Positions 32,266-41,591 of a DNA stretch of 48,115 bases are shown here, piece after piece. The DNA lies in IMG/VR virus record IMGVR_UViG_3300030580_000016, one strand, 5' to 3'. The stretch's first letter is position 1; the number at the start of each line of letters is the position of its first letter. Position numbers and translations under genes: made by a program. The notes beneath the pieces were generated by a model. The model was not told the origin of the DNA. It did not search any database and saw only the letters and a program-made list of their open reading frames with translations. This DNA is from a virus.

Positions 32266-34446
32266 CTAGTTAACAGAACAAGAAACTCCGTAAGTAGCTC
32301 CAGCCACTGCGCCGTGGCTAATAGCAACACCGCCAGTGCTTACAGTGTAGAACGTGAATGCCGCATCAATTGAGTTGGCCCGAGTGACTGAGCAAGTACT
32401 AATAGGTGTGACAAAAGAACAAGAAAGCGCATCCATAGCTGCCGTTGTAGTTGTTATAGTTCCACAACTCTTCATCACTAGTGGGCCATCACTTAGGGCT
32501 AACGTGGTGATCTGAACCCCGCCAATGGCATAAGGCCCATGTCCAATATTAAACATACTATTATCATCGAAATCAACAGTAGCTCCGGCACTTGATAGAA
32601 AATGTAGTCCAGTTCCACCAACAGTTGAAGCCGCCCAAGTAGAACCTGCGCCTTGGCCAATCCATTCTATCTCTCCTCCGCCTCCTGTCGTTCCAACAAT
32701 TATTCCACTAGTGAATAATGCTGTAGTTGCTGTGACAGTAAGTCCGTTGAATGCACTAGCATTAAGTAGAGTATTGTTTATATCTCCCTGACTGTCCGGT
32801 CCGGGAGTACTTGTTGCCATATTTGTGGGTGAGACAGTCCAGTTATTACTAGAGAATGGCATTACTGTTACATCGATCAATGTACCCTGCAAATTTACAG
32901 AATAAGAAGTTGTGCCAAGTCCGTTCATCGTTCCGCCGCCGATGTAGACGTTATTCAGCCCATTGGTGGCTGTAATGTCAGCATAGCCGGCTGGGGCTAT
33001 GAGCATGTTATCGGTAAACGTCAGCCATGGCCATGCATTCGTTATGTAGATCGGCTCTTTGGAGGTCGTCTCGATGTTATTTAGACTGTATTGACCCTGC
33101 ACCGATCCAGAGAGATTCAGCACTAATCCATGCTCGAAATTTCCGCCGCCGTTTGAATTAACCTTATTGGATATCCACTTCCCTCCGCCAGAACTATCTT
33201 GATAGACTGCGGCACTGCCGACTGCTTCAGTTCGAGCACCAGCGGCAAATTCATTGCCGGACACAGTCCAATCTCCAGCATCGGAATCCACCGTATTCTG
33301 AATCCATAAGGCGCGCCGAACGGGATTATCCAGTTCGGAATCCTTCATCGTCCAACGTGACCCGACACCCACATGAATATCGTCGTAGAACCCATTTACC
33401 TGAACGTTCTGGAGATTTATTCGTTGGATATCAAGCGTCGAGTTAGTGAATACTGCCGCACCCGCAGTGGGCGTGGTCGATGCTGTGTTCGTCAGGGAGA
33501 TATTCTGGAATAATCCCGAGTTGGAGGTCACCGTGAAAAGAACAGCCGTTGAGCTACCGCAAACAACATTGGAACTAAAGGTTCCGAGTGTTTGATCTGT
33601 AACACCATCTCCCTCTAAAATAACAGGAACTCCAATAATGAACCCGCAATTAGCAGAAAAATAATTTCCAACGGGAAAATAGAGTCTACCAGCCCCTGCT
33701 GCGTCAAGAGCTACGATAGCTTTATTAATAGCCGCCGAATCATCAGTAACCCCATCCCCTACTGCCCCATAATATTTAACATTAAACGACTGCATTGTAG
33801 AAACAGGTTGGCCGTTTACTTCTAGAAAAGAACCTAGAGGTTGGATTATATTCTGAGTCCCGGCGGGGTTTGTAATAATAGGCAAACCACCTACCGTAGC
33901 AAAAGGTTCCCAACCTCCCGCAGTAAATACTAGCATTTCCTGTGAGGTAGTATCATACAACATACCACCCTGATTCTGTGGAGGTGCAGCGACTTGGTTT
34001 GTATTATAAACCTTCGAGATAGTAGTAGGTTGCGCAGGAAGTGGAGGCCACGCATTTGCTCCGGTGATAATAGGAACAATATTAAGAGTAGTGCCACTCA
34101 CCGCGACATTAACAACCGCGCATTGCAGGGAAGCATTAGGGCATACGCTAAAAAGCCAGGTACTGCCAACCGGCGAGATAGAGGTATTCGATGGAAGGAT
34201 GAGACTAAAATTTCCACCCGAATCAGAAGTCACAGTAGCAGGTAACTGGTTAAAAGCACCACCAGTCCATACGAAAGGAGGAGATTTACCGGGAGTATTT
34301 TGAAACACCGCAGTGATAGTAGCCGCACTCCAAGTATTTCCAAGCGGGTCTACAAGTGTCCCGCTGACTGTGGTAGATTGGGCGCTCGCGGTAATAGCAC
34401 CGAGGCCGAGGATAAGATACCAAATGTACTTCAACATGAGGGCCAC
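32266..34446 (-). CDS. Tailspike-like beta-helix (pectate-lyase-superfamily) protein with Sec-type signal peptide (726 aa; ATG at 34437 more likely than GTG at 34446)
   Basis: N-terminus MLKYIWYLILGLGAITASA/QS. FNVKYYGAVGDGVTDDSAAINKAIVALDAAGAGRLYFPVGNYF is the hallmark start of Pectate_lyase_3-type depolymerase domains. Confidence 0.8.
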   Translation of the reverse strand: MALMLKYIWYLILGLGAITASAQSTTVSGTLVDPLGNTWSAATITAVFQNTPGKSPPFVWTGGAFNQLPATVTSDSGGNFSLILPSNTSISPVGSTWLFSVCPNASLQCAVVNVAVSGTTLNIVPIITGANAWPPLPAQPTTISKVYNTNQVAAPPQNQGGMLYDTTSQEMLVFTAGGWEPFATVGGLPIITNPAGTQNIIQPLGSFLEVNGQPVSTMQSFNVKYYGAVGDGVTDDSAAINKAIVALDAAGAGRLYFPVGNYFSANCGFIIGVPVILEGDGVTDQTLGTFSSNVVCGSSTAVLFTVTSNSGLFQNISLTNTASTTPTAGAAVFTNSTLDIQRINLQNVQVNGFYDDIHVGVGSRWTMKDSELDNPVRRALWIQNTVDSDAGDWTVSGNEFAAGARTEAVGSAAVYQDSSGGGKWISNKVNSNGGGNFEHGLVLNLSGSVQGQYSLNNIETTSKEPIYITNAWPWLTFTDNMLIAPAGYADITATNGLNNVYIGGGTMNGLGTTSYSVNLQGTLIDVTVMPFSSNNWTVSPTNMATSTPGPDSQGDINNTLLNASAFNGLTVTATTALFTSGIIVGTTGGGGEIEWIGQGAGSTWAASTVGGTGLHFLSSAGATVDFDDNSMFNIGHGPYAIGGVQITTLALSDGPLVMKSCGTITTTTAAMDALSCSFVTPISTCSVTRANSIDAAFTFYTVSTGGVAISHGAVAGATYGVSCSVN

Positions 34447-34531
34447 CAGTAAGCGTCGTTATTAAATCCAAGGAAGTTATAGTCTAGGAACCAATGGGTC
34501 TCTATGCAGTGAAGGTCTTCATTCCCGTCTT

Positions 34532-35806
34532 TCATAGCAGTCCCATTCTACTAAGTTCATAGTATCTCTGAGTCGTGGTCTTCTGTAGGTCAGTGCGGAT
34601 TTGCATATTAGGGAGCTTGATATCCTCGATCTTTGCGTCTACTATCTCCCACGCATCTCCAATGCTATTTCCGTAGCCAAGTGGAACCGCGATAAATCCA
34701 CTATGCCCTGCTGTTACTAGCTCGCCCTTCTCCAACATAACATCATACATATAAGTAGAACCATACTGCCCAGGCCCTATTCCTTTTACCGGCACTCCCT
34801 GCGGATGCTTGCCCTTAATCTCGGTAGGATACGGCGGAATACTAAGACGAGTCCCGGCTCCGAACTCGCCACGCCAACTCTCATCCGGCACTTGCCCAGT
34901 TGCTACTTTCTGAAGCATCTCGCCAAAGTTTCCGCCGTACATATTAATAAGAGTCGCACTTGCATCATACCCAAAACGCGGAGTCCACTCTAGCCCGTAG
35001 AGTCCAGAATCAGTTGCAATAGTATTAAGATCAATCATTCCACAATAGCCGACGCTCTTTAGATAGTCCTTCATCTTGCCAAGACCATTCTTGAATAGCT
35101 CGCTGGACTCCCGCAAGTAGAACACCAGATTCCCGGCACAACCAGTATTCGGTCCGTGATTCCCGTTCATAAACTTCTTTTCTTCTAGGGTCACATTTAC
35201 TAAGTAGAAGTTATCCCCATTAAAATACCCCTCTACTGATACCTCGGTGCCCTTAATAAACTCCTGCAATACAAACGGAGCGCCCTTAGTTTTAGCATAA
35301 AGCTTATCAATACAAGCCAGCATATCTTCAGGACTACTGGCTACATAAGTAGTATCAGTATCATTCTCCTGCCCGCCATCTGGTTTGTATACGAACCTCT
35401 TATTCGTCTTCTTAATATGCGCCTTAGCAGCACCTAGCTCGGAAAATCTTTCATATGGCGGCACTTGTATTCCGCACTCCTCCATAGCTTCCAGACCAAA
35501 CATTCTATCATCTTCAACAGCACAATTAAAAGCGCCATCGCCAATAGTAGGACAGAGCGTTGCGCTATACTCTGCTTGACGCTCGCGCCCAGTGAGATCG
35601 AAGATACTAAGATCGTATTTCCCATAATTAGGATACCCTTTACTACCGCGCGCCCGGATATAAGGAGAAGGGACTATGCCTTTGAGAATGTTCTCGTAAT
35701 CTGGTTCTGTGAGGAATGTATCTACTTTGTGCCCTTCTTCGAGCAGCCGCAAAGCAAACCAAAACCCATAGCCAGTGTAACTATTAAGTGCAATCCTCAA
35801 TGCCAT
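34532..35806 (-). CDS. PurD-fold ATP-grasp ligase, diverged (424 aa)
   Basis: GGAG RBS. Collinear with GAR synthetase motifs: VYKPDG, LQEFIKGTEVS, GPNTGCAG, LEWTPRFGYDA. The PurD N-terminal GNGGREHA is replaced by NSYTGYGF. Confidence 0.75.
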   Translation of the reverse strand: MALRIALNSYTGYGFWFALRLLEEGHKVDTFLTEPDYENILKGIVPSPYIRARGSKGYPNYGKYDLSIFDLTGRERQAEYSATLCPTIGDGAFNCAVEDDRMFGLEAMEECGIQVPPYERFSELGAAKAHIKKTNKRFVYKPDGGQENDTDTTYVASSPEDMLACIDKLYAKTKGAPFVLQEFIKGTEVSVEGYFNGDNFYLVNVTLEEKKFMNGNHGPNTGCAGNLVFYLRESSELFKNGLGKMKDYLKSVGYCGMIDLNTIATDSGLYGLEWTPRFGYDASATLINMYGGNFGEMLQKVATGQVPDESWRGEFGAGTRLSIPPYPTEIKGKHPQGVPVKGIGPGQYGSTYMYDVMLEKGELVTAGHSGFIAVPLGYGNSIGDAWEIVDAKIEDIKLPNMQIRTDLQKTTTQRYYELSRMGLL

Positions 35807-35827
35807 AATCCCATCTCCCTTGGTTAA

Positions 35828-35953
35828 TTACTGCTTGCTAGTAGTCTTCATTGACAACTTCGGCGCTTTGGAGGTATTGCTCTTGTTGCACTCCACGCTC
35901 TTAATACATGCACGTACTGATTCCCGGCTCTTAGTTGCTTCCTGTCCAGCCAT
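35828..35953 (-). CDS. 41-aa Lys/Ser/Thr-rich micro-ORF upstream of the ATP-grasp gene
   Basis: AAGGAG 8 nt upstream of ATG 35953. Manual translation MAGQEATKSRESVRACIKSVECNKSNTSKAPKLSMKTTSKQ. Its stop lies 21 nt before the ligase ATG. Confidence 0.5.
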   Translation of the reverse strand: MAGQEATKSRESVRACIKSVECNKSNTSKAPKLSMKTTSKQ

Positions 35954-35964
35954 TTTATATCTCC

Positions 35965-37740
35965 TTAGTAGTTAAAGTCGTTGGCGTTTAGTGGATTGTT
36001 ACTATCAGGCTTTGGTCTAGTACGCCTGAATCTTTTTGGCTTGCCGCTTGCGCTATCGGCTTTGGTTGGCAGTATCTGATGAGAAGCAACACCACCAATC
36101 CCATACGGAGTAGTATCAGCCATCGCATCTCTAGCAAGCGGCTTCCACGCATCTGGATGCCTGTTATCAGTGTGCGCTGCTTTATATGCATCCTGCGCGC
36201 CCTGAATTAGCATGTTGGCATTCGGCCCCATAATCTGGCCTGCTAGGTTATTACGTGCCGCGCCTCTAGTATATCCAGTCGCTACTCCGAAACTTGCAAG
36301 ATGGCTCAGACTATCAATTGTATTCAGAGCTATTCGTGCGGCACTTGCAGCATTTTGTCTTCCAGCGAGCGCGTCATAAACAACACCTGCTGGAGTTGCT
36401 TCAACTCTATTAGCAAGATGCTTACCCGGATCATCCCAGTCGTGGCCTATTAGTAGCCGCTCTGCTTCGTAGAGCGTAGCCCCTAGTACTGGAAACGCCA
36501 TACTCATAAGCCCGATGTTCCTAGCTATTCCTACAAAGTCCCCTTGCTGGTACTGACGCTTGAATACATTCTGGATAAACCGTGCCTGATTAGCGGTGTA
36601 TGAATGGAATGCGCCCATTACTCTAAATATAGGACTGCTTTGTCCAAGTGCGGTACGTCCTTCTCCTTGATTCAAGAATGCCCGTACATTCGTCCCGTGG
36701 TAATAAGCCTTCTGTATATCACTAGCATCAAGCTGAAACTTCTGCGCTTGTATCTTCATAGGATCAAGCCCGAGTTCTCTTAGTACCGGGAGCGCCTTTT
36801 TACCATTCCCTCGTGCCAGATTCTGCACCGCCTCATCCGCTGCTAACTTACTCGCGTGCGCGCTCATCAGAAGAGTATTATATCTAACAGAAGACATTCC
36901 AGGTATGTACATGTTCTTGTGAATAAACTCACCAACACTACCGGGCATGTATTGCGAGATCTTACCAGCCTTAAAAGCCTCATGCTCCCTATATCCATTC
37001 ATTGTTAGTTCGCTAATAGCGTTCGTTGCAAGTACAGTAGCCTCGGCTCCCTTGCGTGTACTGGGGTTGAAAGTCTGGTCCAGTACTTTTGCGTAGGTCT
37101 GAAATCCGTCACTCATCAGTATATTCAGATTAGAAGTAAGATGCGGAATAGCGGCCTTGTACGCAAGTATCGACTGATGTACTCGCCCAGCCTTCTCGAT
37201 AAGATTAGGGTCACGATACTTAGAAGGCGGGGTCTGAAACCTAGTATCCTCGTTCCCCTTCCTCATATCTCGGTCGAACTTAGAAAGCCCCTCTGCATCC
37301 GGTGATTCCTTGAACAGAATATTAAGATGGTCCGCTAGAATATCCGCCCGATTCTTACCAACAGTCTTCTCAACATGCTTAAGCACCGCTTGTATTCCAG
37401 AACGATTCGGCCCAAATACATTCTCCGATGCTTGCTTCTGCGCTTCTTTAGTAATATCAGCCGCAGGCTTTGTACCGCCTGCTAGTTTAGCTTGCTCCAC
37501 GCCCTTAGAAGTAAGCTGGTTTACCTGCTCTTTATACGGCCCTTGGTAAGTATCCCACAGGTGCTTAGCAGCAGGGATATCTTGGAATGCGGCTTCCGGC
37601 CTAAACATACCATGATACAGTCCAGTCTCAACTCCCTCGGCTACTCTATTAACAGCCACTGGATTAGCAGCAACCTTACTTCCGATCTTTTCAACAGCAC
37701 CCTTAGCAAGATCCGCAACCGCGTTATAAAATCCGCCCAT
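35965..37740 (-). CDS. Large virion protein, internal/ejection-protein-like (591 aa)
   Basis: Long ORF in the tail/internal-protein block. No enzymatic motif recognised. Confidence 0.8.
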   Translation of the reverse strand: MGGFYNAVADLAKGAVEKIGSKVAANPVAVNRVAEGVETGLYHGMFRPEAAFQDIPAAKHLWDTYQGPYKEQVNQLTSKGVEQAKLAGGTKPAADITKEAQKQASENVFGPNRSGIQAVLKHVEKTVGKNRADILADHLNILFKESPDAEGLSKFDRDMRKGNEDTRFQTPPSKYRDPNLIEKAGRVHQSILAYKAAIPHLTSNLNILMSDGFQTYAKVLDQTFNPSTRKGAEATVLATNAISELTMNGYREHEAFKAGKISQYMPGSVGEFIHKNMYIPGMSSVRYNTLLMSAHASKLAADEAVQNLARGNGKKALPVLRELGLDPMKIQAQKFQLDASDIQKAYYHGTNVRAFLNQGEGRTALGQSSPIFRVMGAFHSYTANQARFIQNVFKRQYQQGDFVGIARNIGLMSMAFPVLGATLYEAERLLIGHDWDDPGKHLANRVEATPAGVVYDALAGRQNAASAARIALNTIDSLSHLASFGVATGYTRGAARNNLAGQIMGPNANMLIQGAQDAYKAAHTDNRHPDAWKPLARDAMADTTPYGIGGVASHQILPTKADSASGKPKRFRRTRPKPDSNNPLNANDFNY

Positions 37741-37750
37741 CGTATTACTC

Positions 37751-40144
37751 CTATTGGATTATTCCGCCGAGCTTCTTGTCTGCTACGTGCAGAAGGATAT
37801 TGTGAGAGGACTCAGCTAGTGTGCGCTTGAAAGTGATGTACTCATCAGGGGTTGTGATATTAGCAGAAGCCGCTTGTATTGCCTTCACAGTGGCATCAAA
37901 CCCCTTCAGTGCATGTGGATGTTGCTTCAACGCCGCTCTAGCAGGAGCCAACATAGCAGCATCCGTTTCCTCACTTAATTGATGCTGCCACTTTGTCCAA
38001 CTAAACGGTGCAGTAAGTTTCGAGCTTCGGAACATATTACCTTCAGAAGCCAGCCGTCCAGAGCCAGCAAGATTAGAAAGATGCACATGGAGCCAATCTG
38101 CTTCTTTCTGGATATCTTTAGTAGAGGCATTCTCGTAGCCTTTCAGTTGTTTGATTCTATATACGAGCGAGTTTGCCAAGCCCTCGGGGAGTTGTTTGCG
38201 GTTGCCGTAGTGATAGAGGAATTCGTGCGCGGCATTTTCAAAGTGAAGTCTATTACCGCCAGCGTCTCGAAGAAGTTTCTTGAACTTAATAAGACCTTCC
38301 TTCGATCTATCACTAATAGCTTCTGCTACTTGAATCCGATTGCGAGGCGCTCTTAGGTATGCATTGGTATCTACCTTGTGCTGAGCGAATTGCTCAGGAC
38401 TAATACTAGTCCCCTTAGTCCGCTTCTCAGCTTTGTTCAGCTTCTTAGTAGCTCCCTCTACATTGGATATCCCGGTTTCTTTAGCGATAGCAGAGATGTT
38501 ATTCTCTGTAACCGCGCCGGGAATATCAACGCCGAGCTTCTCCAGACCCGCTGCGAAGTTATTGAATGCTGGACTAGCAATACGCGCCTTAGCAATATTC
38601 TGTGTGACTTCATCTTTGTGGAGTTCAGGAAGATGCACAGGTGCTTCTAGTGCGGCCTGATTTATCTGCTGCCAACGCTCTGCTAGTACCTCAAGCTTAT
38701 CCTTATCTTCCAGCCCCACTAGTGGCTTGCCGTACTTAGCCATAGCGATTGAGTTCTGAGATACCTTCTCGGCTTCGTGAAGTTTAGCCATTACTGGATC
38801 CATCTCATTACGCTTAGCTTCTGCGCGTCGTGCTAACTCCTCATACCCCTTCTGCTGCGTTTCACGGCTGCCATACGAATACACATTCATATCCGCATCT
38901 GTGAAATGTCCAGTAGTATCAGTCGCAGGGTGTACTATAATCCCATGTGTTAGTTCATGGTCCTTGCCAATAGTAAGGTCAGTTAGATTCCCCGGCTTCA
39001 TAAACCAATCATCAGCATGGTTCATTTCCGCGTGCGCGCTTTGTGCTACATCCTGCGCGAATGGAATCCCGCCCATCGCGATAGTATTAGCGGTCCACTT
39101 CTTAATCAGCGGCGCACTAGCTATCTTCTGAATTAGCTTCTGGCCAGTTTCGCTCTTAGCAAACTCCCCACCTACAGCACTAGCATACTTCCCTCCAATA
39201 GCCGCCGCTCCCTCAAACTCCGCAACTCCCTTAGCTTCATTAGCCGCTGTAGTTTTATTCCCGCCACTCTCACTAAGACTCGCCAAGTAGAAATCGCTCG
39301 CACTAATAATCCGCTTCGCTACGAACTTCCCCACCGGAGTAGAAGCAAGACGAGCGGTAAGAGGTAATACCTTCGCAGCAGCTTCCCCAGCGCGCGCCAC
39401 AGGAGCAACAGCGCCGATTGCTTCATAGAGTGGCAAAGTTGCAATAAGCTCTCCAGTAAGACCAGCAAGGCTCCCGATAACAGTATCCCGAGGATGAGTT
39501 TGAATCCAAAAGTCATCACTCTGGATTTTCGCACGCTGAGCATCTTCGTAGTTAGATACATTTCGCTGAATGCTCTTTTCTATGTTTGCACTCTTAGCAA
39601 GCAAGCCAGTATCATCTTTATGAGAGAAGTAACTATCCAATCCATGCATAGATGAAAAGGCTTTGTTAGTAACCTTAGCGCCAAATAGCGCAATTCCGTC
39701 CCACGCTTTCGAGGCGCCTACTACTAAGTCCTTCCCCATCTGGTCTTGACGATCTGTACTATAAGACTCACTCAGCTTCTGCTGCTTGCCAGCCGTGTGG
39801 ATATTATAATCCCTAATACTAGTATCACGGCCGGTAGCACCAACCCAAGTATTTTTATCCGGTACAGGAAGATGAAAGCCTGCATACGACTTAGGAACGT
39901 ATTTATCATAAATACTAGCCCTCACTTTCGCCTTATGCTCTTCAGGGAGCGCCTGATACTTAGGGTCGGCTTTTACATCCTCCAACCGCTTAGCAATAGC
40001 CGCTCCCCTACTTGCAAACGAAGGTAATGATAGAATCTTATTAGTGTCCGTAGTTGGCTTCGTCGTCGTCGCCGCCGGATTCGTCTGAGTCGTCGGAACC
40101 GACTGATTCGAGGTCGGCATCTCCAGCGGATTTATCGTTGCCAT
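37751..40144 (-). CDS. Large virion protein, internal/ejection-protein-like (797 aa)
   Basis: GGAG 7 nt upstream of ATG 40144 (MATINPLEMPTSNQ...). Overlaps the 3' end of the upstream gene by 104 nt. Confidence 0.8.
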   Translation of the reverse strand: MATINPLEMPTSNQSVPTTQTNPAATTTKPTTDTNKILSLPSFASRGAAIAKRLEDVKADPKYQALPEEHKAKVRASIYDKYVPKSYAGFHLPVPDKNTWVGATGRDTSIRDYNIHTAGKQQKLSESYSTDRQDQMGKDLVVGASKAWDGIALFGAKVTNKAFSSMHGLDSYFSHKDDTGLLAKSANIEKSIQRNVSNYEDAQRAKIQSDDFWIQTHPRDTVIGSLAGLTGELIATLPLYEAIGAVAPVARAGEAAAKVLPLTARLASTPVGKFVAKRIISASDFYLASLSESGGNKTTAANEAKGVAEFEGAAAIGGKYASAVGGEFAKSETGQKLIQKIASAPLIKKWTANTIAMGGIPFAQDVAQSAHAEMNHADDWFMKPGNLTDLTIGKDHELTHGIIVHPATDTTGHFTDADMNVYSYGSRETQQKGYEELARRAEAKRNEMDPVMAKLHEAEKVSQNSIAMAKYGKPLVGLEDKDKLEVLAERWQQINQAALEAPVHLPELHKDEVTQNIAKARIASPAFNNFAAGLEKLGVDIPGAVTENNISAIAKETGISNVEGATKKLNKAEKRTKGTSISPEQFAQHKVDTNAYLRAPRNRIQVAEAISDRSKEGLIKFKKLLRDAGGNRLHFENAAHEFLYHYGNRKQLPEGLANSLVYRIKQLKGYENASTKDIQKEADWLHVHLSNLAGSGRLASEGNMFRSSKLTAPFSWTKWQHQLSEETDAAMLAPARAALKQHPHALKGFDATVKAIQAASANITTPDEYITFKRTLAESSHNILLHVADKKLGGIIQ

Positions 40145-41591
40145 TAGAATCTCCAAGGAGTGCAGTCGGTAATTGGGTCATAAAATTAGCAATCCCACTG
40201 CCAACCCCGGAACCCGAGCTAGGTGTTTCTTTCGTTTCAGGTGGTGCATTTGGATCAAGATTAAACTTAGAAGCCCGCATCTTCTGCAATTGCATCAAGT
40301 AATCAGTGTCCATCTTCTTCTGGAGTTCTACTTGTTTTAGCTGTTCCTGCTTTTGCTGCGGGTTTGCGGCGGAAGCATTAATATCTAATACTTTCTTCCC
40401 GGCAGCTAGGATAGATTGATTGACAGTATTTATATCCTTATCAACAGCACCCAATGCATCAGTCTTTATCTTTGTCTGATTCTCTTTCCCGAGTCTATTA
40501 TCATCCGCGATCTTCAATGAAGCATTAACCTTCATTGTAGTCTCAGCAAGCGAGTTAGCATTCCGCATCGCAACTCTACGCATTGCCGCCGCGTTATTAG
40601 CATCCGCTAGTGCAGCTTTCGCTATATCACCTTGGTACTGTTTCTGTAAATCAGTAGCCGCTTTATACTCAGCCCGCGCGTTAGTATTACCTTCTTTAAT
40701 CGCCTGCATCTGAGCCGCGGATTCTGCTTGGATCATTTTTGGTATTACATACTGCGTTAGCTGCTTCTGTGCCGCTTGTTTCTGTGCGAGAGCCGCAGCG
40801 TACTGCGGGTTGTTCTCGATAGTTTTCTGGTCCTTAGCAAGTGCTGCATCAGCGTATGGAGTTGCGCTTCTTGCTGCTGGCTGCGCTTGTGCAGGCTGTT
40901 GCGGTTGAGCTTGCGGTTGCGCTACTGGCTTCGGCGCATTACCATCACTCGCTCCCTTAGATGCAAGCTGTGCTACTTGATGCTCAGCAGGATTGTCACT
41001 ATTAAAGGCACCTGCCGCTTTATGTTCCTTTACAGCTTCCTGAAATGCTTTAATCTCAGGAGTTTTATTCTTATCCATGTCCGTGAAACTAATATCCATA
41101 GCCTTCTGAATCTGCTTAGCCTTCTTCGGGTCAGTAAGAATAGCCTCTAATTGCTTCTTATTCGCTGCGAGTACTCCCTGCGCGATCTTATTATTAGGAT
41201 CTTGCTGAAGTACCTGCTGAGCATTAGCAACATTCTGCTTCGCGCTCATTACATTCTTGATATCATCCTTAAGTCGGTCCTGCTTGTTCTGTTCGATCTT
41301 ATTAACCGCGCCACCAACCAAACTCAGCAGCGACCCAATTCCATTATTCTTTTTAGTCTGCTGCTGTTGTGGATTAGTGCCAGTAGGTCTAACAGGAGTC
41401 CCAGTAGTAAATTGCGGCACATTAGGAACACTACGTGGCTGAGCTAACTGCGTGCCCTGCGAATAAGGAGACGGTAGTGGCGCATTAGCCTGTGCAGCTA
41501 TTTGGCCAATAACATCAGCAGCCCCCGACTGACTAACAGGAGCAACTTGCGGTGCTTGGATACTCGGTACTGTAGGTACATTATCAGCCAT
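40041..41591 (-). CDS. Q/A/K-rich coiled-coil virion protein with acidic C-terminal tail (516 aa)
   Basis: Low-complexity AQPQAQPQQPAQAQPAA segment and long helical Q/K/A regions. C-terminus DADLESVGSDDSDESGGDDDEANYGH. Confidence 0.8.
   Translation of the reverse strand: MADNVPTVPSIQAPQVAPVSQSGAADVIGQIAAQANAPLPSPYSQGTQLAQPRSVPNVPQFTTGTPVRPTGTNPQQQQTKKNNGIGSLLSLVGGAVNKIEQNKQDRLKDDIKNVMSAKQNVANAQQVLQQDPNNKIAQGVLAANKKQLEAILTDPKKAKQIQKAMDISFTDMDKNKTPEIKAFQEAVKEHKAAGAFNSDNPAEHQVAQLASKGASDGNAPKPVAQPQAQPQQPAQAQPAARSATPYADAALAKDQKTIENNPQYAAALAQKQAAQKQLTQYVIPKMIQAESAAQMQAIKEGNTNARAEYKAATDLQKQYQGDIAKAALADANNAAAMRRVAMRNANSLAETTMKVNASLKIADDNRLGKENQTKIKTDALGAVDKDINTVNQSILAAGKKVLDINASAANPQQKQEQLKQVELQKKMDTDYLMQLQKMRASKFNLDPNAPPETKETPSSGSGVGSGIANFMTQLPTALLGDSNGNDKSAGDADLESVGSDDSDESGGDDDEANYGH

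Noticed and set aside
34532-35806. Interpreting the PurD-like gene as an ordinary purine-biosynthesis auxiliary metabolic gene
   Set aside because: The PurD N-terminal GNGGREHA signature and part of the FNxRFGDPE block are not conserved. No other pur genes are present, and the gene sits in the tail operon.
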